A stretch of DNA of 58,896 bases from Negaprion brevirostris (taxonomy: Eukaryota). Position numbers and translations under genes: made by a program. Below are positions 39,523-50,910 of this stretch, one piece after another. Under the pieces are notes generated by a model. The model did no database searches. It was given only the letters and a program-made list of their open reading frames with translations, and was not told where the DNA came from. The stretch covers positions 146,479,945-146,538,840 of the forward strand of contig JARDVH010000001.1 in assembly GCA_030324005.1 (NCBI GenBank), read 5' to 3'. Each line of letters opens with the position of its first letter. Within the stretch, counting starts at the first letter, position 1.

Positions 39523-41000
39523 CTGTGACAAGAGGGGAAGAAATATGACAATCAGAATACATGAAAGCCACAAGACTATGTCACGCTTTTAAAAAGTAAG
39601 CTGGAGACTTTAGGGTATTTTAGTACTCCACAATACTAGATACAGTTTAAACATAAATATAACCCAAAATGTCAGGTAGAATCAAATCACTGGCCTGTTT
39701 TCTACTTCTACAGATTTGATGGTTTATATGCATTTTTACCCAGCTTAAGTTGCAGAATATTTTTAAGTTGAAACAGCAAGCTTGCAGAGTAGCTGTCCTC
39801 GGGAACATAGCATGATATTTTGGTGCTTGATGACAAGTACAAATTCAAGTTCACCTGAATATAAAAATTACAAATTTCCACATCACAAAAATTCTAAAAA
39901 AGGTGACTGCAGACACTTTGAAAATAGCATACATCAAATGCAACATCAAGTGCAAACAAAACTCTCATTCCTCATTCTATCCTATTAGTCCAAAGAATGG
40001 AAATTTCAACAATGCCTGGAATATTTGGGTAAATCTGTGACAATCAAGTATCCTACCCAATATACAATGAACAATTTACCAGAATGCATTGCTCAGAGGC
40101 AAACTGAAGAAACCAGGTGAATCTACATCTTAAGCTCTTGCTTGCACATTATGATGAACGTCTATTCACTTGTGTTTAAGCTGTACTGCTCCTTTTTAAA
40201 TAATTGTAAAGTTTCAAGGACCAAGTCATGAAGATGAAGGCGAGGTATTACCCATTTTGAATATTGGGCTCACCACCAGAGATGAGATTGTTACTTCAAA
40301 TGCAAGTAGCCCCTACATCTTAAAACCTGTCAGCAGCTTCTAATCTAGCAAGAGATTTGTTATTTTAGAACTTTAGCATGAGCATCTGAAGCCACTTAGT
40401 CTGTGCACACCCTCTTACTACCTAACCATCTCTAAAGCCCCTTTCAATTTAGTCCTGGCTATAACATATGCTGCAGTTTCTGCCATGACACCAACACCCG
40501 GTCTTATCGTCATCTTTGTTCTAAACTACCCAACTATCTTTTCTTGGGTTCAAGTTTATTCCAGACATTAGTCCTACCACTCCCCAAATGAAACTACCTC
40601 CTCTCACCTTTAAATTCTATTTTAAGCATCACATCATTGTCATCTCTAGTTGCACGCACATATTTTAATATTTTCACCAGTTTCAGACTCCACCTTAGCA
40701 CCAAGGTCACTTTTGTGCCTTTCCAAACATAGTTTTTCCTCAAATATTGCCAAATAGTTCTGCCTCCTGCATCTGCAGTCGTCTCTCAAATGTCCACAGG
40801 TCTGTTAACAGTTTTCTTGATACCTCATACATATTATTCCTCAGCGGGGTCAGGTGTAACTACAAGAGCAGCTCCACCCATACACCGACAACACCCAACT
40901 ATAACTCTTCCACTGCCATCACTGATGGCAGGACTCTTGCTTTATCAGATTCACTGTCTGACAGCAAAGCTGCATAAGTTTAAACTTTCTAACAGTTTAA

Positions 41001-41285
41001 GTTTATTTATTAGTGTTACCAGTAGGCTTACATTCACACTGCAATGAGGTTACTGTGAAAATCCCCTAGTTGCCACACTCCGGCACCTGTTCAGGTACAC
41101 TGAGGAAGAATTCAGCATGGCCAGCACGCCTTTTAGACAGTGGGAGGAAATCAGAGCACCCGGAAGAAACCCACGCAGACACGGAGAACGTGCAAACGCC
41201 GCAAAGACAGTGAGCCAAGCCAGGAATTGAACCTAGGTCCCTGGCACTGAGGCTGCAGTGCTGACCACTATGGCACCATGCCACC
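41001..41285 (-). mobile_element. V-SINE with alternative tail
   Basis: Homologous over its whole length to 4741-5004. Confidence 0.82.
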
Positions 41286-42234
41286 TACTGCTAAATGTAC
41301 AAAACTAAAGGCACGCAGGCATCTCTGGCTCGAAACAGAATCAAAGAATGATACAAAAGAGGCCGCTATTTGGCTTGTTCCATCAATGCCAGGATTCAAA
41401 TGAGTTCCTTGGCTGTTCATGGAGGTTGAACTTAGTAGAGTTCAAAAGTAGCCTTTTGATTTAACTGCAATATTTTAAACTTGCATGCAGTCCATATACA
41501 ATCCCAACTGAGTCTTTAGTTCATTGAACAATTGTTCAATTAAGCCTTCATCATCCTAAAGTTAAACCTATATTCTGCATTAGGCTGACCTAAGAATTTC
41601 TAGCACAGACACCTCTCAAACTTGCTGACAGCAAAAGTACAAGATACAAAAATGTTAGGAAAAGACCAGTTGTTCAATCAAGCCCGACCCAATCCAATAA
41701 ACACATCAATAATTACATCCCTCAGTCATGTCTTGATGAAAAAGAAAAATAACAGGATCTATAAGCAGAAAATCTCTGGGAGATCCCTCTTTAAATGCTG
41801 GTGATAGTCACGCGAGATAACACAAATTGCCCAATATAAAATCTGTGTCCCATTTAGTAACATACAACATATAGTAAACTCTTAATTGTTCGTAACCTGG
41901 TAAAGCCATTTCTTAAATAATATACGGCACTCAGTAGCCTCAAATCTATTCATGATGTATATGTAANNNNNNNNNNNNNNNNNNNNNNNNNNNNNNNNNN
42001 NNNNNNNNNNNNNNNNNNNNNNNNNNNNNNNNNNNNNNNNNNNNNNNNNNNNNNNNNNNNNNNNNNNNNNNNNNNNNNNNNNNNNNNNNNNNNNNNNNNN
42101 NNNNNNNNNNNNNNNNNNNNNNNNNNNNNNNNNNNNNNNNNNNNNNNNNNNNNNNNNNNNNNNNNNNNNNNNNNNNNNNNNNNNNNNNNNNNNNNNNNNN
42201 NNNNNNNNNNNNNNNNNNNNNNNNNNNNNNNNNN

Positions 42235-42800
42235 TTTAATTCAATTTCCCTTTGAAATTATTCATCACCTCCACATGCGCCACACTTGTAGGCAGAGAGT
42301 TTGTGGTCATTACCACTCGCCGTATAAAAGAGTACTCCCTCACAACCCTTTATATCTCTTTCCCAAAATCCTCAAATCTGTCACCCATCTTGCACTCAGC
42401 TTATAGAAGCGATCTCTACATATCTTAAATGAAATCTTTCATGATAATGTACATCTCTACTAAATTTCCTTGCAATCTCATAGGAAGATTCTCTTTCTCC
42501 TCCAACTTAACTTTATAGCTAAAATCCTTGATCCCTGGAACCATTCTGGCAAATCTCTTCTGCATCTACTGGGACTCAAATACTTTAAATGTTGCATTCA
42601 GTTCTGTCAAAAAAAGTTAGAGCCTAACCAAAGCATTATAAATGTTCAGCATAATTTCCATTTTTGTACTTAGAACCTCAATTTTCCACAGCTCAAAACC
42701 TTCTTGATCTTGACCTCAAGACAAAGCTTTACTAATTATTCTCTCAGTATGTGTTGCCATCTTCCATGATCTATGCACATGAACAACCAGTTTCCTCTAA
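42235..42800 (-). mobile_element. Decayed CR1 3' fragment
   Basis: Similar to the CR1 3' copies at 48350-49370 and 53920-55150. Confidence 0.5.
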
Positions 42801-42829
42801 CCTGAGCTCTAAAAACTTATCTAATCAAA

Positions 42830-43430
42830 ATTCAGAAGGCAGTCACTGGTAGGGAAGATGGAACTGCAGAATGTGACAAGGCTGGAGTGCAACAAGTGCT
42901 AATTTGGGAATTTGGTGCAAGAAGGAAGGTAATATAGAGGGAAATACGGTGCTCCTTTTTATATTTTTTTCACCATCGGAAGCTGGTGAGTGTTCAAAGC
43001 TTTAATTAGGTGAACAGAGAGATNNNNNNNNNNNNNNNNNNNNNNNNNNNNNNNNNNNNNNNNNNNNNNNNNNNNNNNNNNNNNNNNNNNNNNNNNNNNN
43101 NNNNNNNNNNNNNNNNNNNNNNNGTGTTCAAAGCTTTAATTAGGTGAACAGATAGATGATTATTTAGTATGTTAAGATTTTATCCCTTTAAATGCAGGCA
43201 GTAGTTTAAAAAAGGCCGTACTGGCACTAGGGTTAAGGATATCTTCTCAGGGTTGGAGATGAATTTGGAGTGGGAGGGGTAAGAACTAGTTGTCGTCATC
43301 CATGCAGGTGTCAATGACATAGGTAGGACTAAGGTCGAGGTTCTGCTGAGGGTGTATGAACAATTAGGGACAAAATTAACAAGTAGAACCACAAAGGATC
43401 TCAGGATTAGTACCTAAGCCACCTGAAAAT
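42830..43430 (+). mobile_element. CR1 5'/ORF1 esterase fragment
   Basis: RVKDIFSGLEMNLEWEG..VVVIHAGVNDIGR. Confidence 0.6.
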
Positions 43431-43859
43431 TCATGTTCAGGTCATACAGCAGCCTTAGAAATGTAATATCATTTGTCATTGTTGCAGTCAAAATCCTGGA
43501 ACTTCCTATCTAAAAGCACTCTGGGAGTATTTTCTCCGAATATACTGTAGTCATTCAAGGTGGAAGTTCACCACCGATTCAACGATAATTAAGGATGAGC
43601 AATAAATGTTGACATTGCCAGTGAAAGCCATATTCCATGAATGACTGGATTTTAAAAAGGCTAATGCTGCTTGGTATGAAGAAATACTGATAAAAACTAT
43701 ATTTTCCCATTTTCTTTATGTTTCAATTGAGTAATGCAAATGTATGTGTTAAATTTATAACGATACCACATGTAGGAAATAGAAACAGATTGCTTCCATG
43801 TTGGGTCAAAAACAAAGGGCTGTAGGCAATGAAATTCATTACATGAGATTCTCAAGAAT

Positions 43860-44730
43860 TTTCTTTGCAGAGTTCCATGGCTGCAACTGCCACTATGTTA
43901 ATGTTCAAGATTAGATCGATTATTTGGAGCAAACACTTAATTCCGTCATTTGTCATAAAACAACAAGTGCAAATGTCTGTTGTTTGTGTTGATTTTTTGA
44001 AGACAGACATTGATTCATATTTCGTAGCGTTTTCCTTGCAGGGAAACTGTCTTAGGATCAGAAGAAATAAGAGGTGGCCATTTGGCTCACTGTTGCGCCA
44101 TTCAGAAAGATCCCAGCTGATCTCACTGTGGACATTATTCCACTTTCCTTCCTGCATCCCATAATCCTTGGCTGCCTTGATGATCAAAAATACATTAAAT
44201 GCAGTGTTGAACGTGCTGAAGTTCTCTCACCACCTTTTCCTTTTGGTTCGTCCACAACATCAATATCCTAGAATATTCAGGTTCCAGCCATGGTCACTTT
44301 GCAAGCATGTTTTTATAATCGATGCCAAATTTATTTCTACTTATGCTACCAGTTCACCCATCTTGTTACAAATGCTGCTTACATTTGGTTGGAGTCCTTT
44401 TACCATTTTGTCCTTAATTTGGCCTTAAATGCCAGTGCAATCTGTAAATTTGTAAGCTCTGTCCCTTTCTGTTAAATTGATTATTTGCATCACTATCATG
44501 CACAATTGCCATGTCCTTTTTCCTTAACTTTCCAAATGAACACTTCCACCTCTCTCCATCACTGCCCTGTCCCCAACCCCCCCAAAACTATTTAAAAGCC
44601 TTCTCTACAGACTTATAGGTTTTTTCAATGCACTGGTCCTGGTGTAATTAAGGAGAACACGGTTCCAATGCTACAACTCCCTTTAGCCCTAGTATTAGGA
44701 GCCAGTGATCCATGAATTGAAATCCATACA
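43860..44730 (-). mobile_element. CR1 ORF1/ORF2 junction fragment
   Basis: GFQFMDHW at the esterase end; SICNKMGELVA at the endonuclease start. Confidence 0.55.
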
Positions 44731-45049
44731 TCCATGCCCTTGTTCTTCCTGGGTGTAGACGTCACAGTTTTGGAAGGTTCCATCATAGGCTGATTCTGGA
44801 AGAAATGAATGTCTTTAAAGAACAGTGTAACATATACAAGTGAACCTTTCTTTCAGGTTGTGCCATAAAGAGGGTATTCCACTCTGGTTTAAAGTACAAG
44901 CTGCCTACAAAGATAATGTTTAGTCATGCCTTTTTAGTCTTTTGTTACATTAAACATTTTAAAATATGAAATCTTGTGTCGATTTTTCAGCAATTAACTG
45001 GAAGTTCATTTTTTAATTAAGTTATTGATTTTTTTTTTTTACAGAGATC

Positions 45050-46560
45050 ATAGCATATGAATGTTACTTGCCACTTATCAGCCCAAGTCTAAATATTGCT
45101 CAGGTCATGCTGCATGCAGGATTGACCTGTTTTGTATTTCAAGTTGTGAGCAAACTTTCCAACTTCTGACCTTATGATGGAGGGAAGTTTATTGATCAAA
45201 CTGAAGATGATCAAGCCAAGAACACCATTCTGAAAAACTCCTGCAGCAATTATCAGGGCTGAGATGGTTAATCTTCAGCAACCACCTTCCTTTGTACTAG
45301 ATTTAACTTCAAGTGTTCAGTTTCACTCAAATGCCTTCACAGAATCCCTACAGTGCAAGAGGAAGACAATTAGCCCATCAAGTCCACACTAACTCTGAGT
45401 GCGTCTTACCCAGGCCCTATAGCCATGACCCCACATGTTTATCACACTATGCACCACAGAAAAAGTTCTTTCTGGTCGTATCACAGCATGTTATAACTCT
45501 TGCTCTGTCCAAGACTGGAAAAAAATTACAAAGGATCGTGAACAAAGCCCAGTCCATCACACAAACAAACCTCCCATCCATTCCCACTGCCTTGGAAAAG
45601 CAACCAGCATATTCAAGGATGCCATCACTTCTGGGCATCCTCTCTTCCATCTTCTTCTGTCAGGAAGATACAAACATCTGAGGTTACATACCAACCGACT
45701 CACGAACACAGTTTCTTCCTTGCTGCCATCAGACTTTTGAATGGACTTGCCTCGTAAAACTGATCTTTCTCTACATCTGAGCTATGACTAACACTACATT
45801 CTGCACTCTCTCCTTTCCTTCTCTATGTATGATGTGCTTTGTCTGTAGAGTACTTTTCACTATATNNNNNNNNNNNNNNNNNNNNNNNNNNNNNNATAAT
45901 AAATCAAATTACTAATTCCTCCTAACCTACACATCTTGGGACATTAAGGGGCAATTTAGCATGGCCAATCAACCTAATTTGCACATTTGTGCTACCACAT
46001 TGTCAAATGTTGCCTCCACGAAAGGGCAAACGCTCTCACCTCACTTCTGGAACTCAGTTTTTCAGTCCGTATTTAGACCAAGACTAGTGATGATCCACTG
46101 TACCTCACAGATCCCTTCTTTTGAATTTTAGATCTGTTCTGAACCTATTAATTTGGAACAGTGCTGGTGTATGACATCTTTGATATGAAGATGGGACTCA
46201 TCCCCACATGGACAACGCAGTTGTCATTCCAACCTAAACTGGTCATGGCCAAACGCATTAATGAGTGGTGAACTGATGAAAAAGTCTGAAGTAGATTTTC
46301 TCATGTGGGTTTGCTCACTGACTGCTGCAGGCCTACTCTGACAGCTATGTTCTTTGGGTTTCTTCAGATGATGGGCATTGAATAGTACATTCTGTTGACT
46401 TGCTACCTTCAGTGCTTCTTCCAAGTGGTCTTCGACATAAAGTACTGATTTGCCAGCTGGGTGAGGAGAGCAAGTGGCAATCAGCAGGTTTCTGTATCCA
46501 TTAAACTTTGTCAGGTTCAGATGTTCTCCTTTCCTCCTTTGGACCACTATGCAATCCACC
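45050..46560 (-). mobile_element. LINE fragment (family of 24305-25745) interrupted by a SINE and a Rex1 insertion
   Basis: 45050-45310 matches 24880-25160 and resumes at about 46000. Confidence 0.6.
45445..45910 (+). mobile_element. Rex1/Babar-like LINE 3' end
   Basis: KKLQRIVNKAQSI...GHPLFHLLLSGRY...TNRL...RLLN; tail aataaatcaaat. Confidence 0.7.
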
Positions 46561-47904
46561 TATGATGAGTCCATTCTGTGGGGCAACAAGACATTCCTCT
46601 CAGATGTCTTGATAAGGATCATTAGTGCCTCTTATGTTCTAGATCATGAGAAGAAACTAGAATTGCATTCCAAATAATTATGGTTTAACGAACATAAGGT
46701 GCTGCCTTTAATGTGAAACTGCACACACTTCGTCTATAGCATGAAGTGTACTACTTACTGGGAGTACAATTCCGGCTGATTTTTTTGTTAACCAAAATGC
46801 ATCAGCTCACATTAATGCATAATTCCATCTGTCAATTACCCACGCCAGTATCTCTTTAGTTTTGTATGATCTGGAGAATTAAGTACACTTTTATTTTGGT
46901 TTTACAGTAATTTCTCATTTAGTGTCATAGTTACATTGAGAAGTGCAACTTTTAGCAAAACACATTTTCCCATTACAAACTAATGTATAAAGTGGAATTT
47001 GGTTCCTTTAGGCATTTGTCACCAGGAAAAAAAAAGCACAATTGAAATAGTGTACATGCACAGTACATACCAGATGAAATAAAGTAAAATACATTTCTGA
47101 ATGTAAAAGATATAAATTTAAAATATTCACAGCAGTTTCAACATTGAACAAACTGACAATGAGAAAAGCATTGTTAAACATAGGATTATTGAATAGAATG
47201 CAGATGTCAGGATCAAGTCAGATGGGATCAGGATCATTGACAAAAGAGATTGCAGAGAGTAAGTATTCCAAACAGACAGAAAAGTTAACTAAGTGGGATA
47301 GAAGGAGCAGCAAGGACGCCAAGAGCGCCAAACAACTATGAATAATTCATGAGGATAAACTGAAACATCCAGACAATTAGTAAAAACTGAGAGTTGATGT
47401 TATTATGTTAGTTTGGATGTGTTTTCTTGTTGGATTCCATGCTTGTGTGTTTATCCCTGTTAGCTCCTCAGTTTGTTTTAGAAAAAGTTCCTTTATCTTA
47501 CGTACAGACTGAATAAGCAAAAACAATAAAATCCTTTTTTGATCTCTGGAGAAAGGTACTTGATCTAAAAATGTTAACTTTTTCTCCGTCTACAGACTCT
47601 GGCAAACCTGCTTAGTATTTCCAACATTTTTTGTCTTAGATTATAATCAAATCGGTTATTCACTGGTGGTAATTCATTAAGTACTGGGTTTTAAAATCTG
47701 TGGCCACTGAATTCAATAAAGAATGAGGCTGATTTCATCAGTAAATTCTCCTGATCGTGGTCCGTTGACAAACATATTGGTGTCGCAACATTAAAGGGAT
47801 AGATGTTTCCTATCGTGTTATGAAACCACCATGACCAAATCTTAAGTGAGAAGTCACTGCATCTAAAAATTTCAATACGACTTCATTTGTATATATCCAA
47901 ATCA

Positions 47905-48111
47905 CAATTAGAAGTCTCACAACATCAGGTTAAAGTCCAACTGGTTTATTTGGTAGAACTAGCTTTCAAGGCCTCAAGCTCCTTTTTCAGGAAGAAGGAG
48001 CTTGAGGCTCCGAAAGCTAGTACTGCCAAATAAACCTGTTGGACTTTAACCTGGTGTTGAGAGACTTCTTATTGTGCTTACCCCAGTCCAACGCCAGCAC
48101 CTACACATCAC
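47905..48111. mobile_element. Second, shorter copy of the same Penelope-derived fold-back family
   Basis: Inverted arms about 47905-47990 and 47991-48075, plus a ccccagtccaacgcc tail; exact 10-bp direct repeat ATCCAAATCA at 47895-47904 and 48112-48121. Confidence 0.8.
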
Positions 48112-48349
48112 ATCCAAATCATCCATACCTAGAGTAAATAAATTTGACACAAGAGCTGAATCCTGCGAAAAACCATTCCACATTTCTTACCACTGAAAAA
48201 AAATCTCTTCAACCAGAATTGTTTTCTCCAGAAATCCAGTTTGCCATCTTCCCTCCATAATCTCCAGTGTGGTTCCTTCTCAAAGCTTTTTTGCCATTTT
48301 ACCAATCCAGTTTGGGACTGATCCTTTTTCAAATCAGAAAGATACAGCA

Positions 48350-49370
48350 CCAAAACAGATCCTTCAGCCCAACTCATCCGAATCAAACAGATTTCCTAAA
48401 CTGAACCAGTCCCATTTGCCTGCATTTAGCCCATATCTCTTTAAATCTTTCCAATCCATGTACCTGTCCAAATATCTTTTAAATATTGTAATTGTTCCCA
48501 CCTCTACGACCTCCTCTGGCAGCTCATTCTATATGCCCCCTAGCCACTGTGAAAAAGTTGTCCTGCAGGTCTCTTAAATTTCTCCCCTCTCACCTTAAAC
48601 CTATGTAGACTAGTTTTGTACTCCCCAACCATGGGGAAAAGACCGTGGCTATTCACCATTTCTATGCTCCTATTTCATAAACTTCTAATGTTATTCTCCT
48701 ATTAGCCAGGGATAAAGTTCACAGCCTATTCAGCCTCTCCTTACAATTCAAACCTTCCAGTCCCAGTAAAATCCATGTAAATCTTTTTTTTGGGACCTTT
48801 CCAGTTTAACAACGTCCTTCTTAATAGCAAGGCGACCAGAATTGTACACAGTACTCCAAATGTGGCCGCAACAACGTCTTATAGTTATAACAATGTCCCA
48901 ACTCTTGTACGCAATGCTCTGACCGACGAAGGCAAGTGCGCCAAATGCCTTCTTCACCATTCTGTCTACCTGTGATGCCACTTTTAAAAGAACAATGTAC
49001 CTGTGCTACGACGTCTTCCTGTTTGACAACACTCCCTAGGGCCATACCAATAACTGTGCAAGTCCTACCCTCGCTTGTCTTACCAAAATGCAACACCTTG
49101 CACTGATCTGAATTAAACTTCATCTGCCATCCCTCAGCCCACTGGCCCAGTTTATCAAGATCCTGTTGTAGTCTTAGATAACCTTCTTCACTGTCCACTG
49201 CACCAGCAATTTTGGTGTCATCTGCAACCTTAACTAACCATACCTTCTGTATTCTCATCCAGATTGTTTACGTAAATGACAAAGTGGACCAAGCACCAAT
49301 CATTGTGGCACACTGCTGATCATGAGACTCCTGTCTGAGAAACAGCTCTCTACCACCATCCTTGTCTCCT
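48350..49370 (-). mobile_element. CR1 LINE 3' fragment (RT C-terminus)
   Basis: ORF 48821..49258: ADDTKI, LQQDLD, WQMKFN..CKVLHFG, RPHLEYCVQFWSP. Confidence 0.9.
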
Positions 49371-49429
49371 ACCGGCAAGATAAAAAAAATCAAACAGAAA
49401 TGCTAACACGACACTCACTGTTCCTTGGG

Positions 49430-50910
49430 AGCACAGCAGAGAGGCAGTGATTCAAGAGAGTAAGCCAGAGTGATTTTCAAAACTAACTTTTCTAGTTTTT
49501 TTTTAAATTTTATATCGGAAACCGGAAGGAGTTTGCAAAGAGGCTTGGGGAGCTTTTTTCCCCCCCTTACCATAAATTGGAATGGTGAGGAATCCCAATA
49601 CTCTACACAGGTAGAGTATCCCACCCTGCCCCCTCCTCTAACCTAAAAAATGAGAGGGAGGCTCGGAGTGAGAGCAGGTAAGTTTGTTTTTGTGAGCTGT
49701 CAGGGCTTTGGCTCACAGGGCCAAAGTGAAAAGGGTGAGGCAAGGCAAGTTTAAGTTTTTTTAATTACTTTTTTTTCTCCTCTATTTCTAAAAAGGGCAA
49801 TTATGAGTGTGAGGTCAGTATGTTGTTGCCAATGCAATATGTGGGAGATCCTGGAGGCTCCTGGTCTCCCAGACGTCCATATCTGTGCTGGTTGTGTAGA
49901 GCTGCGGTTCCTAAGGGACTGGGTTAAGGAACTGGAACTGCAGCTTGAGGACCTTCGCCTCATTAGAGGGAATGAGGAGGCAATTGACAGGAGCTACTGG
50001 CAAGTGGTCACTCCAGGGCAACAGAAGGAAGACAAGTGGATAGCTGTTAGGAAAGGGAAAGCTCATGTGATGGAGAGCATGCCGGTGGATGTCCCCCTTC
50101 ATAATAAGTGCTCCTGTCTGAGAACTGCTGGGGGGGGACAGCTCACCTGGGGGAGGCAGCGGTGGCTGGGTCTCTGGAGCCGAGCCCGACCCAGTATTTC
50201 AAAAAAGTGAGGAAAAGAGGAGAAAGGCAGTGTTAATAGGGGACTCCATAGTGAGGGGGTCAGACAGGCGTTTTTGCAGACGCAGACGGGAGTCACGGAT
50301 GGTGGTTTGCCTCTCTAGAGCTGGGATCCGGGATGTCTCTGGACGCATCCAGACATCCTGAAAGGGGAGGGTGAGGAGCCGGAGGTTGTGGTACAAATAG
50401 GTACCGCTGACGTAGGCAGGAAGGGGGAAGGGGTCATGAAAAGGGATTATAGGGAATTAGGTGAGACAGCTGAGAAAGAGGAACGCGAAGGTAGTAATCT
50501 CAGGATTGCTGCCTGCGCCGTGGGAGAGTGAGACCAGGAATGGAATGAGGTGGAGGGTGAATGCATGGCTGAGGGACTGGAGCAGGGGGCAGGGATTCTG
50601 GTTCCTGGATCATTGGGACCTCTTTAGGGGCAGGTGTGACCTGTACAGTAAAGACGGGTGGCACTTGAATCCCAGGNNNNNNNNNNNNNNNNNNNNNNNN
50701 NNNNNNNNNNNNNNNNNNNNNNNNNNNNNNNNNNNNNNNNNNNNNNNNNNNNNNNNNNNNNNNNNNNNNNNNNNNNAAGACTTCTGGATGAGTACATGGG
50801 ATTTAATGGGATTGGGAGTTACAGATAGTTCTATGGCCTGGTAGGTATGGATACGAACGGTGCAACTTATGGGCCGAAGGGCCTGTTTGTGCTGTAGTGT
50901 TCTATGTTCT
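49430..50910 (+). mobile_element. CR1 LINE: 5' UTR, ORF1 (Zn-finger/leucine zipper plus SGNH esterase), 100-N gap, then 3' tail
   Basis: ORF 49803..50210 has CxxC...CxxC and VKELELQLEDL. Frameshifted downstream motifs IGDSIVRG, VVVQIGTADVG, VVISGLLP, FLDHW and DGWHLN. Tail ttctatgttctat. The 5' boundary is approximate. Confidence 0.85.
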
